Shown piece by piece: positions 51,188 through 64,000 of a DNA stretch of 64,000 bases; the first letter of the stretch is position 1, and each line of letters starts with the position of its first letter. The notes beneath the pieces were generated by a model. That model was not told where the DNA came from and did not search any database. It saw only the letters and a list, made by a program, of their open reading frames with translations. Both the position numbers and the translations under genes were made by a program. The DNA comes from Tubulanus polymorphus (lineage: Eukaryota; Animalia; Nemertea). The stretch lies in the NCBI RefSeq assembly GCF_964204645.1, contig NC_134035.1, positions 8,464,451-8,528,450 on the forward strand. The letters run 5' to 3'.

Positions 51188-54011
51188 TTTGTTGCTATAA
51201 CTTCGATAGATATTAACCCGGCGTTCGACCTGACTCCGCGACGACATTGCCAATGCGAAACTTTCCACCTCCGATTTAAATTCTACCCACGATCGAAGAC
51301 CGATTCATTTTTCTAGCGGCATGACGACGCTCCTTAAAGAAACCGATCCAGACGATGACGGCTCGATATCGCGTCAGTTTCATATAGGTCCTGTTTCGAC
51401 GTTTTAGTCGATTCCTGGCAAAGATTGCTTTCTGCTCGTTTAATTCGCTTTAATATTCGGTATCGCTCGCTGTCTGGGCGCGTATTTCGTATTAAGTCGG
51501 TTTAAAAAAAGCGGCATCCATTTCTCTGCGTCTGTTTTATAGGTTTTCAATACGACCCGGTAAGTCGACGTGACTCCACGCGATCGTTACGGAAATTGTT
51601 TGATGTCTGGAAAGCTTTGTATTCGATAAACATTTATTATCGATGCGTAGTTGCTATCGTCACATCCATAGCGAGAAGTTTAAATATTCAAGCGTATCAT
51701 TTTCCACGAAAACGTTACGTTTGAAAGTCGAATTAACTATATTTCTGAGCGCGCGTCGAAATCAGAACCGTAGACCTACGCGTAGATTACAGTTAAAACT
51801 AATGTCTTCGATTCTCGATTTCAAAATAAAACCCCCTGTTTTGCGCGCCCGGCTGTGTGGTGGGTTTGTGAAGGGAAACTAAACAAAAAACAAACGAAAC
51901 GAAATCAATAACAGGGCCGATCCCTATCTTAAGATCAAAACTAATGTCTTCGAAATCAGCTTTGATTTTCAACGATATTTCGAGTTAATACTTTCCCAAG
52001 TTAAGTTTATTGTTCCACAAAAAAAAACATTTTGGACAGAAAAAGTATATACAAACATATTCATCAACATATACATATTATCAAAAACATATACAAATAT
52101 GATATATGATAATACATGTTTGACAGTAGGTGGCATAGGATATAGATTTTATCAGAGACAAATCAAACTATTTACATTCTTAAGCGCATTTTTTCAGATA
52201 AATTGAGAGATTTACTAATTTTCTTCCTGAAGATTTGAGCAAAAATTTGAATTTTTCCATTAGAACAGGTTTGTTATCCGACTCGGTTCGCCGATGATGC
52301 CGCGATGTCCGAGAAGCAATAACGCAATCGTCGCCCGATTCGCAATCGTCACCCGAACGGATAGAGTTCCCGTGGGGGATCTGTAATAGAATACCAAATC
52401 GACCAGCAATAATTCAAATTGATGAGACGCTATAAACAGCTTCGATTCGCATTCGACTTACCGACCTTTACATAATGGCGATCGACATAACGTGGTCAGC
52501 TGCGTTCAGAGGTTGGATTATTTAGCCCCGAAACATCGTGTTGTATTGTAATTATTATGCTTTATCTGTCTTTGTTTTTTTGCCGCATTTCTGTCCGCTT
52601 AACACCGCGAGACACACGGGGTAAATGTACGCCTCATTCTAGTGAGATTTTTTTGCTGTTAGAATGATCTAACGTTTATTTGGTATATAAAAAATCCGAA
52701 AAAACCAGCTGTACTGAAAAATAGAAAAAAGTGACGTCAAAATATGGCTCAAAGAAAGCCGCCCCACAGTCATTGTGCGCAAATTATTCAAATGCTAATT
52801 TGTCGAGGTTTTCTCCTGGCGAGATGATAAACGTGCAAGCTACGCTTCATCCGCGATTGTCTAGATTAAACGAAGTTGAAGGTCACGTTATTTTTGTTCG
52901 CGTCGTTTGTCGTGTGTAAATTTGCATTTCTCGCGTATACGGGGCATAAATCGGTAATCAGATTTTGCCGTTGTGAAAAAAAAAAGATTTCATTCAGAAT
53001 TCCGACGATGAAATCGAGCATACCGCACGCGACTCTGGAAAATGTTTCGAATGCACAACCGCATTGCCTGCATTAATTACATTGCCGACTGATAGTTTAC
53101 TAATGAGACCCGAATAGGGGCGACTTCGATGCCGCGCACCCGCCACAAACTCCGCGTGGCGACGATTAGTCTACGGAATTTGAAAAATCACCCCCATTCA
53201 AAACCATAAATGTCCCGAGCAGATAAATCATCTCGGATATTCCGTGCGCACGTTAATTCGAGGATTATCTCTCCTACCGACCAAAAAAAAAGATGTTCGT
53301 AAATCTCCGGGAATGTCAGCGTTATTGTACGCGCACGGTCGACGTAACATCGGTGCTATTTCGAAAGCGCGAGGTCTCGATAATAAATTCATTTCCGCGT
53401 AGTTGCAGTTTCAAACGTTAGAATATTTCGATGAAACGCATATAAAATCTTATCATCGTCGCTAAGGCTTTTTTGATTTACGGACGAGGTAAAACATATC
53501 CCATATCTTCGTAGACACAGAAATATTCAATCTTTTCATTTTTCGTAAATTACTCGATCGATGAGTTACTCCGTGCAGCAGGAATAACGAACCGAAAACC
53601 CGAAAAGAAGCCCACAAAGGAAGAAATGCTCTATAGAAAGTGAATAGATTTAAGCTTCGGCTATCATCCAATAGCCATCATCAGGGAAACAGTTTGCCTG
53701 ATGGTAGCTATTGCTGATAGGTAAATATCATTGAAAAATGCAGTAAACATATGTATTCCCTTTCTCTGGAATATTTTTGCCTTATTAGACTTACTGTCGG
53801 ATTTTCGTTATATATATATATGCAGTGTGCACTGAAATTAACTAATTTCAGGCCAGTTGCCCATAGGTCGGTCCAGTTTTTGTTTATCAAAATGTTTAAT
53901 ATGATATTTGTATTTCTAGGCTATATATTTCTGATGGCAATAATGGAATGACGAAAATTGTTACTTTGCTCGGATGAAATTTCCGGAGTCTTTATCATCA
54001 TTCTTGGTTTG

Positions 54012-54080
54012 GTCAGAAGTGGGATTCGAACCCACGCCTAGAGAACTACACTGCGCCCTGAATGACTCGGCCTTCCTGAC
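54012..54080 (-). pseudogene. tRNA-Leu(CAG) pseudogene with an internal deletion
   Basis: GTCAGGAAGGCCGAGT..TTCAGG.CGCAG...GGCGTGGGTTCGAATCCCACTTCTGAC matches the metazoan tRNA-Leu-CAG pattern; about 14 nt of the D-arm/anticodon stem are missing. Confidence 0.75.
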
Positions 54081-57000
54081 GCATTGGGAATGCGCAAACA
54101 GCGCCATGACAATATCTTCATCGGTGATGGGACATCGAAAGTTAACAACATCTATTCTATGTACTAATGTATTTCATTAAGCATGCATTTTTCTCGAATC
54201 GATTACTCGGATCTAAAGCTACGAACGATCCGTTGTATTTCACGTGCCCCATTCGCCATCGAAATGGTGAGGTCTTTCGAATCAAATCATCAAATCTTCT
54301 TGTTTTGAAGTTAGATTCAGATTTTGTGGATACTGCTCGATATGATTTTGCGACGGCCTTCAAGTAAGAATAAGCCAGATCAGGTTGTACACGAAATTCA
54401 TAGAAATTGAACATATAGATTCCCGCTGAAAATACTCGTCTATCGCCTGATATCGTTAAACACCAGCGGCCCTGTTTTTTTTAAATCTCAAAATAGGGAT
54501 TGTCCCTGTCATTTATTTGGTTGGTAAATTTCGTTTGATTTGTTTATGAGTGTCCCTAGCAGACCCACCACACGTGTCGGGAGTGAAACAGGGGGTTTGA
54601 TCTTGAAATCGGAAATCGAAGTACAGATATAGTTGTGTGATCGGCCTGTTATGTACTGTCGCATGTTCCCCGGTGTCTTGGGAACAGAGGTGCCGACCGT
54701 AGAGCCGATCGCGATTTCATTTTCGAGCCGTTAATCTAAACAACCAGATATTCTTTCGCGATATGAATATCCACGCGGCGAGAAAATTGAGGGAATATTT
54801 TTACCGATGAGGACCGTCGCAGCTGTGTACACGACGACATGTACTCCCCGTGGACTGGTGCGAAGCGGCGTTAACAACAAAGCTCGCTTCACTCGTCAGA
54901 CTAGAACTTTACACCAAATACGACGTAGAACACTGGATTTAACGCAGTTAACAGGTAAAGAAAAAAATAACCACTACCTTAAAGCCGGTGCAAAAATCTA
55001 AAAGGAATTCTCCAGTTGTGTTTCCGCTATTTTGTGACAAAGCGGAGATTATCCGCGCATTTGTCTGACGGCTCAAAGAAAATGATTTGATATTTTTTTC
55101 GTTATAAAAATGCGCACGATAGCAGCAGTATCTGAGTCGTTGACACAACACGTTAATACGATTTTTTTAAAATTCGCGTATGTGTAAATTGGAATGATCA
55201 TCGCACGTCTGAACAAAATGCTAACATGCTTTTACGAATACCATCAACGCTAAGGTGCCGGAAAAGTCTGAGGCCTTTGAAACTTTTTTACTCAACATGT
55301 ACGGTTTCCTCGCCTAGTCGCTTCGAAGTTGGGAGTGATAATGAGACGATGAACTAATTTAGACTTTTTGAAGTATAATCTAAAAATGCTCAACTACTCC
55401 GAGGATTTATCCTGGAAACGAGTGGTGGATAGTGTCTAGATCTTTTTGCGAAGCTTTTCAAATCAGTCTCGCGCAGTTTGCAAAATAAATGGCATCTGAT
55501 AAGGGGAATATGTAATTGTTTATGAATGTCTACAGTCACAAAATTGATAGAGAAGAATAGCAGAGAAATTTATTTTCATTGAAACGTTACATTATTTTTA
55601 ATATGAAGATTTTTTATAATGCTTTAATGAACACTTGTCCTACTTAATTTGAAAGGACATCCTAAGCCTGCAGGCTGTACCAAAAAAGGGGGAATGACCT
55701 AGACATGAGAAAAAAACCGCAAACAAAATCCACCACGACCAATCAAGGTAACAAATTTGAATGGTGACATGGAATAGGAGACACACAAATAGAAAACAAA
55801 TAGTGATATAATGATAATGATAATGATAATTATAATGATAATGAAATAAGGAAGAAATATCTAACGTCAATGTTATTTGTTAAAAGTATTAACTGTTCAT
55901 GTGATTATATGCATCATGGTTAACGAAAATAAAATTATTATATCATTAACGAAATGACGGGGCTTCACGCAGAGACTGAATTAGTCTTAGAATCCGTGCG
56001 TCACTAAGAGACAAATAAAAACCTCCGATTAATACATACAAAAATCAAATGTTAACATCTTTAAAAATGTCATGACTGTAGGCATGAATATAGATCTGTA
56101 TCACCAAAAATAATTTACAAAGGCTTATTTAATGATTTAATGTAGACACGTTTGTTTGAAGGCAGGTTCGCTTTGTAATGATTGAATCGATTCTATGGTA
56201 GAGTATTCTACAATGGAGGACCAGATATTTTGTGACGGAAGATTTTCCGCTGATAATTCGTTGTAGATTTTGGTGATTTGCGTGGTTTAGGCGCGTTCCA
56301 GTAACCCGTAGCAGTACTAGGAACGTGGTATTTAGGTAATTCCTAACTCGTTCAATGTTTGAATCAATTATATTCTCTATTGGCTCATTGTCGTAATCGA
56401 GCTCCGCGATTGGCTGTAGCAGTCGCACGCTCCGATCCGGCAAAATCAACGACATCTTTGCCACATCGATATCCGCGGTTAAACTAGCCGTACGATCTTT
56501 TTGTCGGACAAACACCTGGACGTTTTTGAAGATATAGAAAAACAGACATTCAGAAATTGTATACAATATTCTTTGCTTTACTCAGTCAGTCAATAGTTTT
56601 TATAATGTATGCCCATTACCCTTATCATTCAGTATAGATTCTTCATTTTTCAGACCAAAAATTAAATAACCAGGACTTAGTCCCATATAGTTCTCTAATG
56701 TCCAAAGTCTAACATCCATAACTGTTGATGCCTGGCATTCGAATCCATACGTTCTACAAGCGTGTGTTCTATATTTTGATGATTTCAAATTTCAAATATT
56801 TCGTCCAATAAGGGAACTATATTCTTAAAATTTTTACCGCAACATAGATCTTTTGAAAGGTTTGTTTTTGGAAATGTCGACGGAATGAAGTCGGCATTCC
56901 TTCAAGGTTTTCGACACGTCTGCGTCGCCTGGTTAGTATTATCAACAGGAAAACTGAACTAAAAACTTTTAATAAAATTTTCATACTGGTGTTGCTAAAT

Positions 57001-57089
57001 TTTGTCGACAATGAATTGATCTAATGAAGATAATCTAATTTTAAGGATCAATACTGTAAATTTCACTTTGAATTTATCAACATATGAAT

Positions 57090-57320
57090 TGAATTGATTT
57101 GAATTGACTGGCAACCAGTCTAGCCCCAATATTGATACGACGGCGCAGGACAAATCCACTGACTCTCACAATATTCCAATTCATTATCAAAAATTCACGA
57201 GCATTATTGTACAGTCATGAAATTCAATTGATTGAAAAAAAAGTAAACGCCAATTTTCACAATATTATACCCTTTATATGCTAGTATTGACGACGTAGAC
57301 CACGTCGACTCGCATACCTC
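57090..57320 (-). repeat. Copy of the 4535-4750 repeat family
   Basis: attgaattgactggcaaccagtctagcccc...aaacgccaa...attgacgacgtag. Confidence 0.65.
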
Positions 57321-58108
57321 CGGCTAGATAACGCATAACAGTTGAAAAAGGTTACAGTTTCCACAAGCGCCATGTTTTCGGGTGCCTGATTAAAAAAGGA
57401 TCCCACAGGGGAATCTTCGTTACCTCTTGCTATCAAGGGACTGACGTAAAATAATTGTATAGCTCAATTAATGTAGTTTAACGTTGCGATGTGGTGTGGC
57501 CAAGTACAACTGGCGACTGTGATACTCTACTGAATGGCTTCAATAGAGATACAGTATCTTTTTCTCTGCCAAGGAAAATTAATTTCGTCCGATACACTAT
57601 ACCATCGACTGGTGGGGGATTAATTTAACTCGTATGTGGTATAACTACTAACGCGCTCGCGGTCGCGTGATGAACGTAAATATTATACCCGACAATATTC
57701 ATCAGCCGAAAGGTCATTTGCGCTTCTTACGCGCGCTACAAAATGTCAAACGGATGTATATCAATTTGAGATTATGTAAATATCATTATCGCGCACATTC
57801 AGAGTCAGTCATCGACTCGTAAAAATGGGCGCATTTTCTTATATTTTCATCCGGTAAAACGTCGGTTATAACCGGCACGATTAATTTGCCCGTTCACCCG
57901 TGCGACGACTCGATTAGGAAATAGACGCGGTAATCGGTTCACTTGGACATTGAGAAAATCTAAATCGTAATCAAGGTGAAGACACTGTTTTATCGACAAA
58001 GTTACGAGAAACCGTATAACATACGTAATTTTTATTGTAGATCGAAATTTGGTCATTTCTGAAACATAATTTGAACTGAAATATATATAGGTGTTGGAAA
58101 TTCTTGTA

Positions 58109-58306
58109 ATGTGGAACCTCGTTATAACGAGATAGGATACAACGATTCATCGGATATAACAAACATAGAATTTCGTCCCAATAAATTAATAAAATCTTCT
58201 TATAATATATTGATTTATATCAATTTCATACTGGATACAACGAACTATCGGTTATAACGAACACATTTTCTGGTCTCGTGAAGTTCGCTATAACGAGGTT
58301 CCAATG
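58109..58306. mobile_element. Tc1/mariner (pogo/Tigger-type) MITE
   Basis: TIRs GTGGAACCTCGTTATAACGA / TCGCTATAACGAGGTTCCAATG; TA on both sides; internal ATAACGA-like subrepeats. Confidence 0.8.
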
Positions 58307-60268
58307 TATTTTAACATTTCAAACAATTTTTCCCTGTTTGCGGCAGATATCGTAAGATAGATGGGGTTCATATACTGCCACTCTAGCTCATAATGTTTAT
58401 ATGCTAATTTTGTACGATAAAATAATGTAGAAATGCAAATCTTATTCCCAACTTGATTCTTGCTGCACGTATCTCTTACGCTGCGATCGTTAGGTTTGAC
58501 AATATCTGTGACAAACATACCGCATTTCCTGAGGCGCGAAGACCTTTGAAGAATGCGTAGTTCTTCTTTTCATAATTTAAAGAAATCTGGGCCGAGGTTA
58601 TTGTGGCGTCATGGCAAGAAATATGACAAAGATGCCGAATAGAATATGTCAAGGCGGGTTCCATTTGAAGGTTAGCTTTGAAGGTTTTCGTGACTAATTA
58701 AACCAACGATAATCTACCGGTCTTACAGTCGGGATATTACAAACGAATATCTACGTTTCATTTCGTTCGCTGCTTATGAATTACATATCGACCGATATCA
58801 TTCTTATGTCAAACGCGATTGTTGATTGTTGTAAATTAAACAGCACATCGATCGACGATGCTGGTACCCGCCGTTGCCGGCGCCAGATGTATAGTATCGA
58901 ATGCCGTCGTGGCCCTGTATACCGCTGTAAATCACTACCAATGACAAGCGGGAATATAAGGACATTTATATCGATGATTACGAAGCGTTTGTGGCGATTA
59001 GCAACGTTATATTAGCGAATAGACCGGATGTCGAACGACTAGCTTTTCCAGGAACACGCTTTCACCGAATCGGAATTGAACTGTCCCGTGCATAGCTTTC
59101 TAATCTTCTTATTTCCTCCGCTTCGCGAAATATTGTAAAAAGTCGCCCACTTGATTTTGTTATGCCTTCCAACGAACAAGCACATCTTTTATTGAAGAGG
59201 GCATGATATGTTATTACTTCGTATCAAAAGTTTTATGCGTACCTGCCGAGGGATGAATTTCAAACCACCTCTAAAAACACGAAAACCGCCGTCCGACATG
59301 TTATATATATCCTTATCAATCAACGGCGCAAGTCCCATAAATCTTTCATTTAACATCTTCAATCGGCCATACGCTCGTTCAGCGATACCTCGTTTCAGGA
59401 TATATCGCGGCGGATGCTCTACGACGGATGACCTTCGCCATGGGAATGGGAGTGGCAGCACTTGCTGGGCGCAGACCATATCAGTTGGAAAACCCGTGCG
59501 GGCTGGTTCCGCCGCGGTGTGCGATACAGATATTGTCATTGAATATTGAAGTGTAGATATTTGTTCATAGTCGGAACAAAGAAATCTCGGTCTCCAAACG
59601 TGTAAACAATCTTCCATCTACTCTGAACCGGCAAGCGACTGATTGAAATTCACTTTTGTTCACTGTCTGGAAATAGCTTAAAGGGGTTAAGATCATGTAT
59701 AGTCAGTTTATATCTCGTTGGTCTTTTTCTACATTCTACGATGAAAGCAATCATATCTTGTGTACATCATCTGTACGTTTGTGGAAAAACAGGTGCCTGA
59801 AATTTAAATAGCAATATTTTTTCACCTATGCATTGCTGAAGTATGTCAAGGTTCCATTATGTCAAGGTTTGTGCATTTGCCGAATTATTATTATCCCTCG
59901 ATAAAAGCCAACCTGGTGAGCTCCTATTAAGCATCCACTAGTAGCTCACTCTCTCCGCACAGATTTTCGGAACACGCATCACCTAATCACGAGCGATGTG
60001 AAAGCATCGCGTCAAAATATGCCAATTATCTTCAATATTTGACTATTCCCAATTCGAACTCATTTAAACAAGCGTTCGCGAAAACACTTTTATCGTAGAG
60101 ATCGTATACTATCGAGCTTTGATCAGTTGTTGTGCGCTTCAAATTTAATGAACTCCATTTGCCGAATTTATCTCAAGGACGAAATCGTTTCCTTTTTTCT
60201 CGTTCATTATCCGGTACTCCAGAACAATGTGCGCGTAGCCATTGGCGTATTGAATCCTCCATTGTGTC

Positions 60269-60507
60269 CAGGGGCGGGTCCAAGGGGATGGTGCAGGGAT
60301 GCGCACCCCCCGAAAATGTCAAGTTGCACTGAAATTTCAAGTGAAAATAAATATTTTATAAGCTGATGCCTAAAAAACTTTTAATTCATAAGCTAGTTTT
60401 CTCTATTCCAAAATTGAGTTAATATTTTTTTCGGATGAGCTTTCTCTGTGTCCTTTTATGATATACCATAATGGAGGGGGTGCACCCTTCCCTAAATCAG
60501 ACCCTAG
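60269..60507. mobile_element. Short non-autonomous DNA element with GC-rich imperfect TIRs (similar element at 2038-2271)
   Basis: aggggcgggtccaagggg...gcacccccc versus ggggggtgcacccttccctaaatcagaccct. Confidence 0.4.
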
Positions 60508-63500
60508 ACCAGCTCAATCGCTATGAAACTTGTTGCAAACGGCTTTGAAATAGTTAATAGATAAGTGCACTCTCAAAGGCATTTGAAAAATCGCCAAACC
60601 ACGAAAAGTTGCTCCTTTTCATTAGTTCGAACTCAAACCAAATCCTTGACTCTTTATTTTTCATTTCTTATTCTCATTTTCCTTTGATACGCTTATAAAC
60701 CTAAACACGTCATTCAGTTAAGTAACGTACATAAATTGAATTTGCTAGCTTCTATAAGACACTGTTTAACTTGGTCGCAAACCGAAATCAGGTTTGAGGA
60801 GTTGAACGTCGACGAGAAGCGTGCGCCCGTCCTTGAGCTTTTTCTGCGCGTTCATTTGATCGTATGGTTTATTATTGTGCGCCGGATGAACGGTAACAAT
60901 TCGGATTAAGATGGCTCTCGGAACTGCGGCAGGTGCGCGAACCGACGCAATAAATCACTGCTGTGAACACTTCGATATTTACGCGACGATCTGCAGACAG
61001 TCGGAATGAAGTAGGCGAATCTAAATTCATAATCTCAACGCAGGACATCGGTTATCTGTTGTCGTTATGCAACAACACGTCCGTTATAGAAAATGTACGC
61101 AGACTACTGAAGTACTGATACATCGCACATTCAATTGATTGCTCGCTCGAACGCCCTAGGGCCTCTGCATTTATTGCGCAGCTATCGCATAGATTTGAAA
61201 ACAGTCTTAGATTTATCTTAGCTCTAAATGCAGTCTCTACCAACTTAACCCAATCTTAAGTTAAAAAAGAAACTTTCCACAGTCATGGTTAAGACTTAAT
61301 ACCGGCTTAAGAACATTGAAGTTCTATAGCCGATCTCCTAACTAAAGACCATATGTCGTTCAAAGATTCAAATTTCACAGAACTAAATAGCTTTATCTCT
61401 GAAAAAAGAAGGCCTTAAACACGAACACATTTCTGAATGCAGAAATGAATTAGACATAAGATATGTCTGACAATAGAAGAGGGCAAATCAATTTGACGGA
61501 GAAAATAGAATATGGAAATTCCAGTTTCAAGGGGTTGAGCTCCTCACTGCATTTATGGTTTCATGGGCTTTATACTGCACTGCGGCCTGTAAGACTAATT
61601 TCGATTGCACTTTTCCTCTACCATGATGGAACCTTCCCTTGGACTTTTAGTCAGGACTGCAGCTCAGCCCGTAGTAAATATTATTCCCAGCAGGTGTGTG
61701 TGCTTGTGTGTTTGCAGACCGAATTAGCCATAATCGAATGAAATCAATCGATGAAATGAATAACAGGTAAAATCATTCATATTTCGAGATCGAAAAAAAT
61801 ATCGCGTCGTAGCAACGAGAAACCCGCGGCGTGATTGCCTTACCTCTAAATTAGATTGTTACACGGCCGGGCGGCACGGCTTATTTTCAAATAAATCCTC
61901 CACCACAAATGAAATCAGAAAAAAACCCGGCAATATTCGAATCAAATCAACGCTTTGATTTAACGTCGATTTGACACATCGGCGACAGCTGGGAAGAAAT
62001 ATACATCCGATTTCGGCTACGATAATAATATCGTTGATGCCATTACGACAGACGTAGTTTACCTTGGGATGTAATGTACATATCTATATAAATACAGCGC
62101 TTTTAGAGCTCAATTTTGTGTCTTTCAGATTCGATCATCTCGAATAGTTCTCGAGCGTTGGCGACGTGGCCTATTTTGGTTTTTTGACCTCACTTGGATC
62201 TTAAAGTTTCACGAAACAGTGTTAAAGTTTGTAAACAACCAAGCGTCAGTAATGCTAAAACGTTGGTTAAATCGTTGAATACCATAGTAAACGAACTTTT
62301 TTAATTGTCACTATGTCAACTATCCATTGGTTAATAAACTGCAGCCTCTGGCTCCTCGTTATCGATAGTATTTGATAATTACATATGTACCAGCGCGTCC
62401 CAGTTCTGGTAATCTTCTGTCCCTACACCACTACATACCATCTTAAAACATTTGGCAGATGTTTGGCCATCTCTTGCCTCGGAACTCTTTGGATTTGAAC
62501 ATCCGTAAAGTGCTGTGAACATTTTATTATCAAACAAAACAGGCGCTATACGGATTAACAAATAATATTACTATTATTATGAATGGTGCGTTTAACATTC
62601 ACAACTACATTTTCTTTCCCGAAATCCACCTGGCCGATACTGCTGCGAAGCCTTTCATTCTCTTCTCTTTATTCAGCGCAACAATATACAATGCAAAGGC
62701 TTTTCTTCATCTTCTGACTACGGTTATCTTACTGTAAATAACGTTAACCGAGTTTGTCATTATTCATTCTCCGAAAATATGTAAAAGTACAGTAACTACT
62801 TCCATGTAATCGCAGATCTTGCAATCGTCATCCTATACATGAACTGTAAGAAGAATACCGACTGTGCCATTGCGTTGCAGTTTACCCGTTAGTTTGCGAC
62901 CGAACGACCCTGAGTTGAGGATGTCGTTGCCCACGCCGAAACGGTTTGTTAAAAGTCTGACGTACCGCTGTTGGCGATATACTCGACCCACATTTTCGTT
63001 AGTGTTGACCGTAATTTACAGCGAGCCGATGCGACTTCTTGTCACGTAGTTAGCAGCATCCGGCCACGGTTGAAGAGTCTTTAGACAAGTCCTGCGGACC
63101 GTGTTAGAAAACAAACACGTTCTAGCCGGAAAGCTAGCGCTAACAATTCTCGGATATGACAACGGAGCGATGTGAACATGTGGCTCGAAGTAGGTGCTCA
63201 GCGCGGCAGTTCTCTCCCGACTCAAGGGATACATAGTTAACCTCGCCATCACATTAGGATATTTCGTTTAAAGTATAAAGAAGTTCACTGTTCCAATCGA
63301 TAAACAGTGTCTAATCACTGGGACAGTGTTTGGCCAGCGGTATATTGGTAAACGACTTCCCTATGATGAGAAATTGTATACGCAACAATATTATTTCCCG
63401 AGATGACATTGCAAGAATGTCTTATGCCGGGCGTAGGTCGACCTTGCTTCGGTAGCGTACGTATATTGCGTAATTTGTTGACAATAGATAATAGATATAA

Positions 63501-63556
63501 ATCATATAGTATTATTAAGGATCTATGAAGCTGTTTTTGTCTTGAATATATCGATA

Positions 63557-63730
63557 ATTGAATTGAATTGACCGGCAACCGGTTTAGTCCCGATGTATTG
63601 ATGATGTAGTGCACATCCACTCAAAAAATAAAATAAGATTCATGAATTACTCAATAAACGCCAAAATTCATCATTGTTTGTATCAATTTGAAACGCCTAT
63701 ATTGATGACGTAGTGCACATCAACTCGAGC
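63557..63730 (-). repeat. Copy of the 4535-4750 repeat family
   Basis: attgaattgaccggcaaccggtttagtccc...gaaacgcctatattgatgacgtagtgcacatc. Confidence 0.7.
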
Positions 63731-64000
63731 AGAACCCTTTAAAGCGCGTACTGAGTATCAATGTATATGAACATTATGGTGATGGTTTTTACAGCGTCGA
63801 AAAGTGTACTGAATATTATCATGGAACTGTACATCGCCACTACCCAGAACAATCAAATTCGTAAGTAACAATGTAGTCTTCTTCCCAACATGGTATTATC
63901 TGCGATATGGCGGGCTGCTTTCTATATGCATACGTTCATATTCGTAGCCTCTAGATACTGTTTTCTGTTACTTGATAATACGCTACTTCGCATTTCAATT

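Overview
AT-rich eukaryotic (animal, probably lophotrochozoan invertebrate; inference) genomic DNA with spliceosomal introns and no prokaryotic features. Main contents: (1) a 3-exon minus-strand gene (9140-12739) for a secreted PAN/Apple-domain protein with a C-terminal region resembling the farnesoic acid O-methyltransferase-like domain; (2) a tandem array of intronless class A GPCRs of the FMRFamide-receptor/srw-like type (15.3-30.6 kb) with four intact copies, one frameshifted copy, one truncated pseudogene and a highly decayed relic. One intact copy is a recombinant whose breakpoint maps to 12 bp; (3) a 5'-truncated LINE remnant (31.7-33.9 kb); (4) a two-exon minus-strand gene (37901-46184, ~2344 aa) with an unknown N-terminal domain, two duplicated NHL-like beta-propeller regions flanking ~1450 aa of acidic ~14-residue repeats, and a C-terminal tail anchor; (5) (TA)n and (CTG)86 microsatellites, a minisatellite, MITEs, tRNA-derived SINEs, a tRNA-Leu pseudogene, an LTR-like repeat and several decayed minimal hammerhead motifs of the Penelope type. 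All calls come from manual reading; no searches were run.
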